A stretch of DNA of 64,000 nt, taken from assembly GCF_000315625.1 (NCBI RefSeq), contig NW_005434503.1, positions 36,175 through 100,174 on the forward strand, given 5' to 3'. Below the pieces are notes generated by a model. That model searched no databases, was not told the origin of the DNA, and saw nothing but the letters and a program-made list of their open reading frames with translations. The DNA comes from Guillardia theta CCMP2712. Taxonomy: Eukaryota > Protista > Cryptophyta. Below, one piece after another: positions 1-11,429 of the stretch. Within the stretch, counting starts at the first letter, position 1. Each line of letters opens with the position of its first letter. Both the position numbers and the translations under genes were made by a program.

Positions 1-1330
1 GTTGTAACTTAGCATCGTACCAACTTTTGAAATGATCATTTCTTTGAGCGAGCTTACGCATTGTTGATATGATTCTAGATACATGGAGAGATCATTGCTG
101 GTAGACTTTTCCTTTTTTTTGGCTCTTTGTAGTTCTCTGCCGATTGAAATAATCATTTCATCATTTTTCATCCCAAAGCTTCTAATTTTCTCAATGATTT
201 CCTGTGTTTTTTGAGCCAACAAGTCATCATTCAGACGTCCTTGCAGCTTCAGTCTTTCAGAAGCGATCCTGTCCCTGGAATTCTCCATGAATTCACGAAT
301 CGCATTTTCATGACGAGCCTCTACTTGTGATCTCTTGCTGCGAAGCTTGCTATTCCGTCGTCTCAACTGAGTTATCTTGATCTCAAGAGTTTTGCATCTT
401 TCGATTTCCGAGGCAAAGCTGGAATCGGAGAGAAACAGCCACGCGCAGATTCGAACGGAAAACACCTGATGAGACAGCATTGCAACCAACCCCCGCAAGA
501 AGGTGTCATCCTTGAATGCGATCGCCATCTCTTGTAGGGTCAGCCAGGCACCACTTCCTACAAGCCCCGAGGCTGACAAATCCTCGAACTTGTCCGAGGA
601 AGCACAATGGCCACGCAAACGCAAGGCTGTGTTACGATTGGAGACGGCTAGGTACATGTCGACATCGAGTCGGTCTTGTTCAATGCATTTCTTATCGCAC
701 ATTTCAATCACGAGGCCGCGGACGTCAGCGTGATCGTCGGATATCGCTGATATAGTCGCTTCCATGATCGCTTTCTTTTCTGGAGTCACGGGCTGTCTAG
801 CCGCGAACATCAATCTCTTGACGATCAGCCTTCTGATCTTGAAGGACGGCTCTTGATGCAAGAGCTTGAGAGCAAACTGTGTAGCATTCGAGACTCCTTG
901 CTCCGCATAGTAACACACAACATTCGCCCAGCTCAACCTATCGATGATCGCTTCCGAGTTCATCACATCTGGATTCTCGACGAGATCTCTCTCGATGAGC
1001 TCCTCGTATCTGCTGCTCTTTGTCTCCATGTCTTCTGGAACTGCCTCAACCTTCCTTCCATTCTTGTCAATCATCCACTTCGTCCTCGTCTCGTCATGCG
1101 GAGTATCAGGACCCTGCAGATCGAAATTACATTGACATAATATAAGTCACGGACTGGTATGCAATAAGCATGCGCACCGTGGCACTTTCAATGGGAACAT
1201 CTCATTTCAGTTTCAAAAACAGACATCAGGTGTAGTGTTCAGTTCTCACCATCACTTTCTCGGCGAAGCCAAAGTAAAGGTCTGAGGACTTGAAACCTCC
1301 CAAACGGAGCATCTTCAACAAGTTCACCAT
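1..1330 (-). CDS. Hypothetical helical/coiled-coil protein, multi-exon, 3' end runs off the window
   Basis: Stop-free minus frame from ~1115 to base 1 (GPDTPHDETRTKWMID...LLHQEPSFKIRRLIVKRL...KITQLRRRNSKLRSKRSQVEARHE...SKSWYDAKLQ). Short upstream exon MVNLLKMLRLGGFKSSDLYFGFAEKVM is followed by gtgag. No family motif recognised. Confidence 0.7.
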
Positions 1331-1539
1331 GCTTTCTGATCAAGCCTGAGTTGGCGGACTAGATCAAGACACGGCGACTTCAATCAGGCTCTTCACTGTC
1401 CGATCTCATGCTAGGATGGTCCGAGTTGTGGTTGACGGCTTATATCCGATCCTGCCATTTCAAATGCCCGCCGCTCTACAGCAAGCGGCGGCATCGTCGC
1501 TACCAGCCTGAGTCCGTTGATCCGCAGTTCTTTCAGCCT

Positions 1540-2300
1540 AGGGCTGTGGGGCCGGTCTTGACGGTGGGGCCGCCCGGCCCGCCGCCCGCACCGGCCGGGC
1601 CGACGCCGAGTCGCAAGTCTCCGAGGCTCAGCCGCATGGCACTCAGTTACAACTCGCCCTCAGCGGCTTCCTGCCGGTCCAGCCGCCAGGCCCCCCGCGC
1701 TGACGTTGGCCCGGCTGAGCCGGGTGCCACTGACGTCACGGTCCGGCGACCCCGGGGCCCGGCCGGCCGTGCGGCCCGTCACGGTGGCCGCCGGGCACGG
1801 CCCCACCGGCCCGTGGGGCTCGGATCATCGGCCCCCCGGGCCCGGGCCCGGGCGGACGCCGGTCACCGTGGCACCGGCCGTCGGACTCCGCCGTGTGCCG
1901 GTGAGTTGTTTTCAAGTACGGCCCGGTCACGGGCCAAGCCTGGTGGGGCCCGGTGACAGCCGCAGAGTCGGCAGGATTGTACAGGCCCGGGGTTTGCCGG
2001 GTTCTCGGGGCCCGGCGGCGCCACTACGGTCTTGTTTTCGGAAGTTCAGGCTCTTCCAGGGAAGGCTCGCCGCCGTTTGGCCAGTGCGCCGGCCCGCCGC
2101 CGCCGCCGCCGCTCAGTGTACGACGGTCAGGGTCAAGGCTGGCAGTACTACAGCGCGCCCTGGTCTGGTACCGTGACGGACAGTCCGGCCGGGCGGCCGG
2201 GCCGCCCGGGGTGCGTGCGGCTGATCACACAGCCTCCATAACGCTATGCGGTCCCCGGCACTACGGTCCTGAGTACCGTACTCAAACGCGGCGGCTAGTT
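1540..2300. other. GC-rich palindromic intergenic island
   Basis: Dense CCGG/GGCC/CCCGGG with GAGTC/GACTC, ACGGT/ACCGT and TCAGT words. ORFs here are Arg/Pro/Gly/Ala noise. Similar islands occur at ~4930-5700, 11020-11360, 18680-19150, 36430-36560, 43400-43800 and 62170-62700. Confidence 0.75.
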
Positions 2301-2439
2301 GAACCAAAACAAAAAGATACTACTGGGTAGCTCAAAAAGTAATCTTAACTTTGAGTCAATGACCGTATGCCACCGGATAACAGCCCTTTGAACTTTCAAT
2401 AGTAGTATGATTTGGTCCTCTTGCCAAAAAGTTTACGCG

Positions 2440-2513
2440 TGCTTTCGCCCAGGTTCGAACTGGGGATCTTGTGCGTGTCAGGCACACGGATTAACCAACT
2501 TTCCCACGAAAGC
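2440..2513 (-). tRNA. tRNA-Val(GAC), copy 1
   Basis: Reverse complement folds as GCTTTCG TG GGAA AGTTGGTTA ATCC G TGTGC CTGACAC GCACA AGATC CCCAG TTCGAAC CTGGG CGAAAGC A: full cloverleaf, anticodon GAC, T5 Pol III terminator 10 nt downstream. Confidence 0.95.
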
Positions 2514-2531
2514 CCCACCACCTCGAGGCGG

Positions 2532-2722
2532 GATATCGAATGTGAGGTTCTGTGGGTTTATATAGTGAAATATGAAGTTGGGGAGCTGAAGCTTTGCTTG
2601 TACTATGCCATGATGGGGATGAGTACATGGGGATGAGTACATGGGGATAAGTACAAGCAAGCCTCAGCTCCCCAACTTCATACTAAGTTTGACTATATAA
2701 ACCCAACAATCACTCGAAATCT
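2532..2722. mobile_element. Foldback/MITE-like element with ~70-bp imperfect terminal inverted repeats
   Basis: Left arm TGGGTTTATATAGTGAAATATGAAGTTGGGGAGCTGAAGCTTTGCTTGTACT (to 2604) matches the reverse complement of the right arm AGTACAAGCAAGCCTCAGCTCCCCAACTTCATACTAAGTTTGACTATATAAACCCA (from 2650). The loop holds ~3 copies of ATGGGGATGAGTAC. Confidence 0.7.
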
Positions 2723-2775
2723 CTTCTTATACATATTTTTCTTACATCTAACATGGTGAGATAGGTTACATTCAT

Positions 2776-4261
2776 CTAAGGAAGTAATGTTGTGACAACA
2801 ACACTTGCGAAAATGAAAATGGGCCAGGAAGAAGAAATTAACCTGTCTCCCTTTGAAACAGTACCTTGGAATTGAATATCCTGAAGAGAAGCAACATTGT
2901 TCAGAAAAATAAACAGCAGACAACAATTACTCATTACATAGATGTGACTCTTCAGAAAATCGGAGTAGAAACTGATCTGTGTGTACACGCCATAGCGCCC
3001 AGGCGTCGCGCATAAGGGAGCATTTAACGGTAACTGTGATCCCATGCTGAGCACTCCAACGATGTAGGCAGAGTTGCTGACAGAGAAAAAGGCTGGGCCA
3101 CCTGCTCTCCCTTAGCACGCTGTAAAAGATTTTCATTCAGGGGCCGTACCTGAGTCTCCTTCGCAGCTGTCCTTCTGCCCTTCTCCATCTACGCACAACC
3201 ACACCCATCGAGAAGCGAAGGTTGCAAGAGAGGGATTGCTGTTCTTGCACGTTTGCTCTGTTGCGATAGGAACGGAAACCTGCGGCGCAGTCAGACACTC
3301 GATCCACGTACGTGTCACAGAACCTCGTACAATGCGAAGGGAATCTCAGGTGGCTTTCCCGACTGTATGTTTGCTGTCACCCCGAAGCCTGCAAGGATGA
3401 TGGAATTCCCAGGGCTAAGAAGTCCAGCGGGCAGAGTTGTAAGCCCATCGATCTTTGGGAACTGGTTGTTGATCAGTGGGGACAGATCGACCGAGACCTG
3501 AAGCTATTTTTAGTAACGTTTCTTCAAAGAGTCCTAGCACTGTATCAACTGACCTCGATCAGCAAAATGTCATTTTCAAGCAGTGTTGCATTGAAATCTG
3601 GATGAGGAACAAACCGTTTGACTTGAACTCGGTTGCAATTCGTTGATAGTGTGTTGCTGTTGCAGCCTATTGTTGTGTTATTTACATTGAATTTTCAAAA
3701 CAGCGACTCATCACCGACGATGAGTCGGGCAGACGAAGCCGGCATTATCGTCCCCGTGTTCCAATCGACAACGCAATGGACCGCAGATAATGCCCAAGTT
3801 GCAGAGACGATCTGAGCCGTACTGCAATGAGACAGTAACTCCATGATCCCCAAATACTGTCAATGATACCATAATGTGGTCGAATTTGGAAGGAACTCCA
3901 CCAACCATGGATACGCGCCATCAACTTTTGTTCCTCCGATTATGCGAGCATCTTGATTGTGCTGTCCAGGCCACAGTCCTACACGATGACGTTCTCATTT
4001 CTCATTCTCTTGTTGTAAACCAATGACTCACCCTCAAATGCTGACGACACTGAGTGGAACCAGGATTTTTCAGTTGCTGTCTGCATGCAAGTAAGTTCAA
4101 GAACACATGACTATACCTTTCCCTCCTCCCACCCAAACTCATACCGTGGGTATTGCTTTTATGACAGCCGGCTTTGCATCTGTGCAAAGAAAAACTCCAA
4201 GCGAGAATAAGAAAATGGGTTCAATGACACGGCGACTATGGAAAATTCTTTTGCACGCCAT
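2776..4261 (-). CDS. Trypsin-like serine protease (S1A family), multi-exon
   Basis: Activation motif RIIGG..AYPW (~3950), catalytic His SAVHC (~3775), Asp ENDILLI (~3570), Ser KDSCEGDSG (~3160) and C-terminal GRYGVYTQIS. Plausible signal peptide starts MACKRIFHSRRVIEPIFLFSLGVFLCTDA. Ends approximate. Confidence 0.9.
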
Positions 4262-4779
4262 GTCAAATGAACATGCACCTGCAAAGAGTGTTACCTATCA
4301 AAAATGAAGCCATATCCTTGCTCAAAACTTTGTGACTAAAGTGGTCCTATTACATTAGAAGCTGTACAGATACCGATCCACTTTTTGACAGAAAACTTTT
4401 GTGATGATCCGATTCACTCGTTTTTCAAAGTTCACTCTCTTTTCACTTGTGGTAACTCTCCCTGTTTCGATAACTTCCTTATCGCTTTCCTCCTCTGCTC
4501 CTTCCCTTATCATCACTTCTAAGGTCCACCCCCTTTATACCTCCCACACGCGACAGAATGAAAACTCTCATCGGACCTGTCCGCCTGCATGCTTGTTGCA
4601 CTTGTACAGCACTGGAGGATCAAGAAACTACAGCATGCACGGCTCAGAAAGTTTGGTACAATGACAATTTTAAATTGTATGTACAACAGAAAGCAAAAAA
4701 ATAAATTCCAGTACTACCTCTAAAATCAATTGTTCCCAGGCGCTTTTGCTGTCCTCAATCGCGAAAAAAGTTATTCTCG

Positions 4780-4853
4780 TGCTTTCGCCCAGGTTCGAAC
4801 TGGGGATCTTGTGCGTGTCAGGCACACGGATTAACCAACTTTCCCACGAAAGC
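4780..4853 (-). tRNA. tRNA-Val(GAC), copy 2
   Basis: Identical to copy 1; T6 terminator downstream. Confidence 0.95.
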
Positions 4854-5721
4854 CCCACCACCTCGAGGCGGGTCTGCTTCACTCTCGCCCCAAAGCCGTC
4901 ATATCATCATGAGTCCGATCATTTTGCCGCAACCAGCCTACGGTACGGTACCGTACGGTCCGATCCCCGCTCAGTGACCGTTTAGTTGGGAGGGGGTCCG
5001 ATCGGGTTAGTACTTAGACTGGGCGGCGGCGGTACGCACGGGCCATGGCCCCGGGCCCGGGCTGCTCACTGGGGAGTCCCGGCCGGGCTCAGGGCGGCCC
5101 AGGGGCGGCCCGTACTCCGGCGGGCCGAACCGCGGCCGCCAGTGTAAGTTCGAGTCGGGGGCCGGGCCCGGCGAACTTCCCGGCGGCGGCCGGCTATGCC
5201 AGCCGCCGAGTCAAGCCGTGCCAGCCTACGGTCAGATAGCGCCGAGCCTTAACAAAAACTGCCAGGCTCCTGTAGTGACCGTGTAAACTTTCACGGCAAC
5301 TGGCGCCGCCCGGCCCGGCCGCCGGTGAAGACGACTTACTAAGTCAGTTACGTGTTTTCAAGGCGGCAATGTCAATGAGTCAGTGCAGAGACGAAGAGGA
5401 GGTGACCTCAGCCTGGCAGTTCAGAGTCACTGTCAACGTCCGGCCCGGCCCGTTTGAAGTTCCTTACTAAGGTTTTCTCCGATGATGTGGATGCTTGAGT
5501 TTCACATGAGTCGGACTCTCCAACTTGAAGCTCTGAGCCGGAGTCTCCCCTGCGGCAGCCCGCCGGGCCGGGGCCGGGCTCCCCGGGGCGGGGGCCGGCC
5601 GGGCGGCGGCCGCGGGCTGGCAGGGCCGAGGCTCAGCGCTTGCCGCGCAGTGCGGTAAAAAAGCTGATGGCATACTATGATAACGGCCCTTCGATCTCAG
5701 TTTAATAGATACCGTTTTCAG

Positions 5722-5776
5722 TTTTACACAAAGTTCACTGAGTTAAAAAGCAGTACGCCGAGGACAATCAGGAGAG
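5722..5776 (-). repeat. Dispersed ~55-bp repeat (consensus CTCTCCTGATTGTCCTCGTACTGATTTTTAACTTAACTTTGAGTAAAAGAGG)
   Basis: Matches copies at 18639-18679 (+), 18821-18891 (-), 36565-36620 (+) and a partial copy at 43572-43602 (+). Confidence 0.75.
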
Positions 5777-5852
5777 TTAGTCTAGGAGGCTTTTCAGTTA
5801 CTAGTATGATTTGGCCGACCAGCACGCGTTTCTTTCCAAAAAGTTATCCTCG

Positions 5853-5926
5853 TGCTTTCGCCCAGGTTCGAACTGGGGATCTTGTGCGTGTCAGGCACAC
5901 GGATTAACCAACTTTCCCACGAAAGC
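5853..5926 (-). tRNA. tRNA-Val(GAC), copy 3
   Basis: Identical to copies 1 and 2; shares ~45 bp of upstream flank with copy 2. Confidence 0.95.
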
Positions 5927-6835
5927 CCCACCACCTCGAGGCGGGTCTGCTTCACTCTCGCCCCAAAGCCTTTATATAGCAACCAGTCCCTGACTTGGGA
6001 GGGGGTCGGGGTAGTACCGTACGCACCATGCCTGGTCACGAGGAGGGTCCTTGAGGGTCTGCAAAGGGGTGAAGTGGAGGGGAGAGGGGTATACCACGAT
6101 GAAGTTGTGGAGTATGGAAATGGGGGCCAGGAGTGTCGCTGGTTGCGATGGTTGCATGGAAAGGAAACATCAAGCAAGAGTCGTGTTAAGACAACAGAGA
6201 GAAAGATGTTTGGCAGATGAATACGATCATTAGGATCAATCTCTGAAGTCCTGCTGAAACATCATCATTACTACAAGTGGAAGACGTAGAAAGGGATATG
6301 ATTAGCTGAATCTGAGCAGGGAGCAGGTCTACCTTGACTTCTAAGATATTCATGGAAGCAACATAATTGAGAAAGACAAAGAATTGTGAGATGTTGAGTC
6401 AGCAAAGAGCAAGCGACAACGGACAATCACCATAAGTAGGCATTTCAGATCTAGAAACTGAGCAAAAGACTGGGTAAAAGGTGGAAGACTGTGTAATGAC
6501 AACTGATGTGTAGGTGATACTTCATGTGAACTGTTTAGAAATGTGCTTTCCTCGAAAGCAGGATGAGGCTTGTATGCGACACGGCCGAGCGAAACTTTTC
6601 TCATTGGGGCAGACAATGTCAACACAGTGTGAGAGGACGAGCGAGATTCAGAATCGTTGAGAGGTAGACAAGCCCAGTGTCAACATGTGTATACAATCTT
6701 TGTAAATGTGCTGAAGTTCAAAAAACAAAACAAGAGGCACCAGAGATCCTGAGGAAGGAAATTGCAAGAGAGATGTTTGGCCACCATTTGCCGCCTCCTT
6801 CTCTGGCTCCTCCTCCTTCTTTTGCTCCTGCTTCT

Positions 6836-7981
6836 CTATAGGTTCTTCGCGAGTTCCCGGAGCTTAAACTTCTGAAGCTTCCCCGTGGACGTTTTCGGCA
6901 ATTCCTGTAGAAAGTGAGGCGAAGGATCAAGTGATTGAAGAAAACAACCTGGAAGACGAAAGTCTTGGGGACCTTGAAATGTGCCATGTGCTGCTCATAA
7001 TTAGACCAAGACTTATCATTAGAAAAGTGAGTTACTTCACGACAGAAATTCTTCAAATCCTCCTCAACCGAGGCATCGTATCCTTTCTGAGAACTGTAGT
7101 GAGCAGAGGAGAGGAGAAAAGCAGAACAAGGCAGAGCTTTGTCCTTCACCTTCAGCTCCACGAACGCGCATGGTGTCTCGCCCCACTTCTCGTCGGGTCT
7201 GCGTCAGGAGGTTAGGCAAGAGACGAGCAAGCAAGAGGTACCTCGCGACCACCGCCACCATCTCTACAGCAGGATGAGACGTCATTATGCCTGCAAGGAA
7301 GAGAGTGAGCGTCAAGGACGACGCCAGAGAAGATGCGAGCCCTTGACTACCTTCAACTTCGATGGAAGAAATGTTCTCCCCTCCTGATATGATCACATCT
7401 TTGGAGCGATCCTGCCCCTCAGTCAGTCGCTGGACACGCACGGCCCGAGCTCAGACCTTGAGCTCGATGTAGCCGTCCGAGTGCATCACTGCAAGGTCCC
7501 CGGAGTGGAACCATCCTCCTCTTAGATCCTGAAAACGTAGATGGGCGATCAAGTGCGAAAGGGTGAGGACGGGGTGTAGTAGTGAGATCAGAAAATTCGT
7601 CATTGATTGGTTGTAGGAGATAGGGCAAAATGGAACGAGAAAGAAGCAGAGATGTTGGAGGAGGCAGGAGAAGAAACTGAAGGAGCAGCAGAGGGAAAGG
7701 AAACGACAATCAAGGGAGAAAAGAACCTTGCTGGTTGTGGCGGGGTTCTTAAGATATCCCTTCATCACGACGTTTCCGCTGTAACAGCTTTAGGAAACTC
7801 CCCTGCATTTTCTGTCTTACCGAAACATAACTTCTCCAAGAGTTTGTCCATCGGCAGGAACAGGTTGCAAAGTCTCGGGATCCAGAACCTTGATGAAATG
7901 TGAATACATGAAATCTCCCTCTACTTTCATCGCCTCCTCGCCTCCATCTCGTCCTTGTCTTCCTCCTCCTCCTCCTCCTCC

Positions 7982-8031
<50 letters not shown>

Positions 8032-8063
8032 TGAGTCTCAATCATCATCATCATCTGAGTCTC

Positions 8064-8118
<55 letters not shown>

Positions 8119-10449
8119 TGAGTCTCAATCATCATCATCATCTGAGTCTCAATCATCATCTGATTCTCCATCACCTCAAGGTCTTCCAATACATGGTAAT
8201 TAACTCCTTGTCTCGATCGCATCTTGTCGATCATCAGAGGGAGAACCAAGCAAGAGGGTTCGAAACCTTCGCCTGCTGCTCCAAGGGAAGCGCATCCCAC
8301 TCTCCTTTCCATGAGCAAATGACAGCAGGACCTCCAGAATGGTCGTCAGTCAAGATCAATTTGCAGAATTGTGTCTCTTCTCCTCCTCTAACTTGTCTTG
8401 TCACTCTGCTGTGTGGCCCGTTCCCTGTCCCCCTCGTCCATTTTTCATCCTTTGCATCTCCTCTCCAAAATGCCTTTTCCTCGTCTTTAAAGGTTCCTTT
8501 CCCTCTTGTACATGTTCCTCAACTCACCGTATGTTTCCGTCAGCCCGTAAACGTGAGTGACTTCGAACCCTTGCTGCTGCATTCTCTGCCTCTGGGTCAC
8601 GATCTCTCTCTCTCACGCATGACCTCTCGTACCTGCAGGGTGGACGGAGGAGGAGGAGCTGCAGCTGTCATCACCTTGACCTACCACAAAATCAACCTAG
8701 GAGGAGGATCGCTGACTCATCCCAGTCTCACCTGATGCTTGAAGGAACGACGACTTTCAGGAGGAGCGTTGATGATCGTGTTCAGAACTGCAGATGGCAG
8801 TGAGAGCAAGTGCATCGCAATGTCGAGTACCTATCGGGGCGCCACAGAGACGATCGACTCCATGGTCAGCGATAGAGTTGTAGATGTTCTCGGCTGTGAC
8901 CTGTGAAAGGTGAATCAAGAGGTGCCTGGTAACAACTGGAGGGAGAGTCTTGTGTACAAAATGTGACGGAGGGGTAGAGAAACATGGAGCATGTAGAAAG
9001 TGGCAGGAAACATGCGGAAGGAGGATCGCGGGTAAGAAGAAAATTAAAGACAGAAAAGAAGAATGAGAGTGACGAGGGGGGCAGGGCGATGAGCATCCAA
9101 GAAATGACAAGGAGCGGGTTTAATTGAGGGGAGCTTATGGGGGAAAGATGAGGAGGAGGTGGTCTGGAGATCCACTTACACACCTTTCTCAGGCACACCG
9201 ACGTCCCCCCGACTGCTGCGAGAGTCCAAGGAAAGCACCTGTCGTAGCGATAAGAACCCTAGCCCTAGTAGGTAAAGACGCACCAGCCGTTGCAATGAAA
9301 CATGGGAAGAGTCCACAGGTATCGGGAATGATGTCCCATATCCCACACGATGATGTTGCTGAGAGAGTTGAGGTATGCTCCCCTGTGATGTGTCACCACG
9401 CCCTGCAGTATGAAGCATTCAGTCTCGCCTCCCACCACTACGGCTTCTACACATCCTCCTCTCCTCCTCTTCCCTCCCTATCTCAATCCATCACTAGACC
9501 TTAGGGTCGCCTGTTGTTCCTGAAGTGTATCCAAGCGCAATGGCATCCCACTCGTCGAGAGGCCCGTCGATGTTCCCGTCCGGCGAGCCCTCTGTCAGCA
9601 ACTTCTCGTAGTCCGTCTGTGGAAAACGCGTCACAAGGACTCTGACCTCCTTCCCTCCAACTCACGTCGCTCAGACGATTGGCGGGAACGTTGAAGTTTG
9701 GCGCTTCCGAATCACAGATGTCGATCACCGAGATCTTCCTCTTGATCATCTGGAGAAACAAAACTTGTTAGCAACGGCTTCAAGTCACGTAAGCTCGATA
9801 CCTCCAACGCTGCCTTCACGTTCGGGGCAAACTCAGTATCAGTGATGAGGAAACTTGTCTCGGAATGGTCGAGGATGAAAGCAATCGCTGCAGGATCCAA
9901 CCTTGTGTTGATGCAGTTCAACACAGCTCCTGAAACAGCTTTCATTCCCTGCTGCCTCAACTTTCGTCCTTGCCTGTCATGGGCACACCGAAATGGCATT
10001 CCTTCATCTCAGGTGTGTTGGTGGCAATCACAGAGACAGTGTCACCCTGAATCATCAAGCACAGAATCCCGTCAGAAAGTTTTCAGGGGACAGAAGGCAG
10101 CCAGAGTTTTACCGGCTCGACTCCTCTCCTTCTAAGGGCTGAAGCCAGTCTCCGGCATCGCTCTGCTGTCTCTTTCCACGTGAAGGTCTTGGACCCATGG
10201 ATCACGCTCTCATATGAGGGATAGACTCGCTCAACACGTCGAAGGAAAGAAAGTGGAGTGAGCTAATCACTCGCGTCAAACCGCCTTGCGCAAGAGGATT
10301 CGGTTCCTTACCGGGACATAGTTCGCCTTGTTCTTCGGGATTTCCCACATGCCCGATCCAGCACTGAAGTTCGAGCTGTTTTCGCTCGAGAATGCACGTA
10401 TTGTACTATAACCAATCTTGATGGCTGGCTTCCATCGTAACAAAAACAT
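6836..10449 (-). CDS. Acyl-activating enzyme / acyl-CoA synthetase (AMP-binding, plant AAE1-like), probably mitochondrial
   Basis: Exons give NYVPLTPLSFLRR, GAVLNCINTRLD, YTSGTTG, GWFHSGDLAV, DRSKDVIISGGENISSIEVE and PKTSTGKLQKFKLRELAKNL*. The N-terminus MFLLRWKPAIKIGYSTIRAFSS resembles a presequence. Confidence 0.9.
7960..8165. repeat. Intronic (CCT)n + (CAT)n microsatellite with CTGAGTCTCAA interruptions
   Basis: Directly visible; produces spurious poly-H/M/S ORFs. Confidence 0.95.
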
Positions 10450-11429
10450 CTTGACAAGGGAGTCAGAAATCTTGACGGAAAAGTAAACTTGAGAGGAAGC
10501 ATATCGTCAATCACTGGTTTGAATAAGCAGTAATCAATTAATCCCTTTCTGTTGCGTCCTGTCCTGACATCCAGAAGAAGAATCTACAATAAACACACCA
10601 ATCTCGAATGGTCCTCTTTGACCATTTCCTTACACCCTTTTGTCATTCTGTAGTTCTGCCATAGTTCTCCTACCAAGATTATGTTGCAGAAACATTATCA
10701 TCCTTCTTATTCGTCTGCAGGGCATCAAATCCTCTAACATGTTTCTCCTTCTTCCGACAATTTCCACTCCCCGAGCTGCTCTCCTCCAGTTTGCTCTCAA
10801 CCTATCCTTCCATGCGACCGATTCTTCTTATCCTACAAGAGATGCGGCAGGACATGTTCTGCGTGCATGATCTCAGTAGATCTTCTTCTTCTCTTCCTCT
10901 GCTCCCCCTCCCTCCCCCTCCCCGACTTGTTCCGAGCTCAACACCATGTTGCAATCCTCATCGACTCAGTTGCGCCTCCCCCTCCGTTGCCAGGAATCGA
11001 TTCAAATCGAAACAAACTTCAAGCCCTCCGCGGCCGGCCGGGCCCGCCGCCCGGGGGCCCGGCCGGGCGGCCCCGCGGCCCGGCCGCGCCTGGCACTGCC
11101 GGGCAGCCTGAGTGCCATGATGCCGTCCGGTGAGAGTCAGTGACCGCCGGGGCGCACGACGAGTTCGTCGGACGGTCGCGGGGCCCTTCGGAAGTCGCGG
11201 CAAACGGACTCGTTACTAGTTACTACGGTACTACGGTACGGCCCAGTACTACGGTATCAATGATTCAATTCAGTACCCTGACCGTGTACTAACTTACTGG
11301 GAGCGCAACGACACTAGGACGGGCGCGGCCTGGTACTGCGGCCGCAGAGTGAGTGACCGGGCCACAATCTGTCAAATTCCCAGCTGGGATTTCAGACCCC
11401 AGGGATGAAATTCCTTCCTGCCATGTATA

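Noticed and set aside
1408-2330. Arg/Pro/Gly-rich ORFs in GC islands (also 62089-62826)
   Set aside because: Stop-codon scarcity from extreme GC content; overlapping in all frames with no motifs.
2613-2655. CRISPR-like array
   Set aside because: A contiguous 14-bp tandem repeat without spacers, in a eukaryotic context.
2693-4400. Cys-rich transposase between tRNA direct repeats
   Set aside because: Translation reveals the trypsin catalytic triad with introns, and no transposase motif.
2440-5926. G34 tRNAs as substrates of the YhhQ-QueA system
   Set aside because: Queuosine occurs only in GUN anticodons (Asp, Asn, His, Tyr). The Val loop is U33-G34-A35, not the UGU that TGT recognises.
2412-6220. 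Three ORFs sharing LSPRFELGILCVSGTRINQLSHESP
   Set aside because: They are antisense translations of the tRNA copies.
7749-8735. Poly-His, poly-Met and poly-Ser proteins
   Set aside because: Read-through of an intronic (CAT)n microsatellite in the acyl-CoA synthetase gene.
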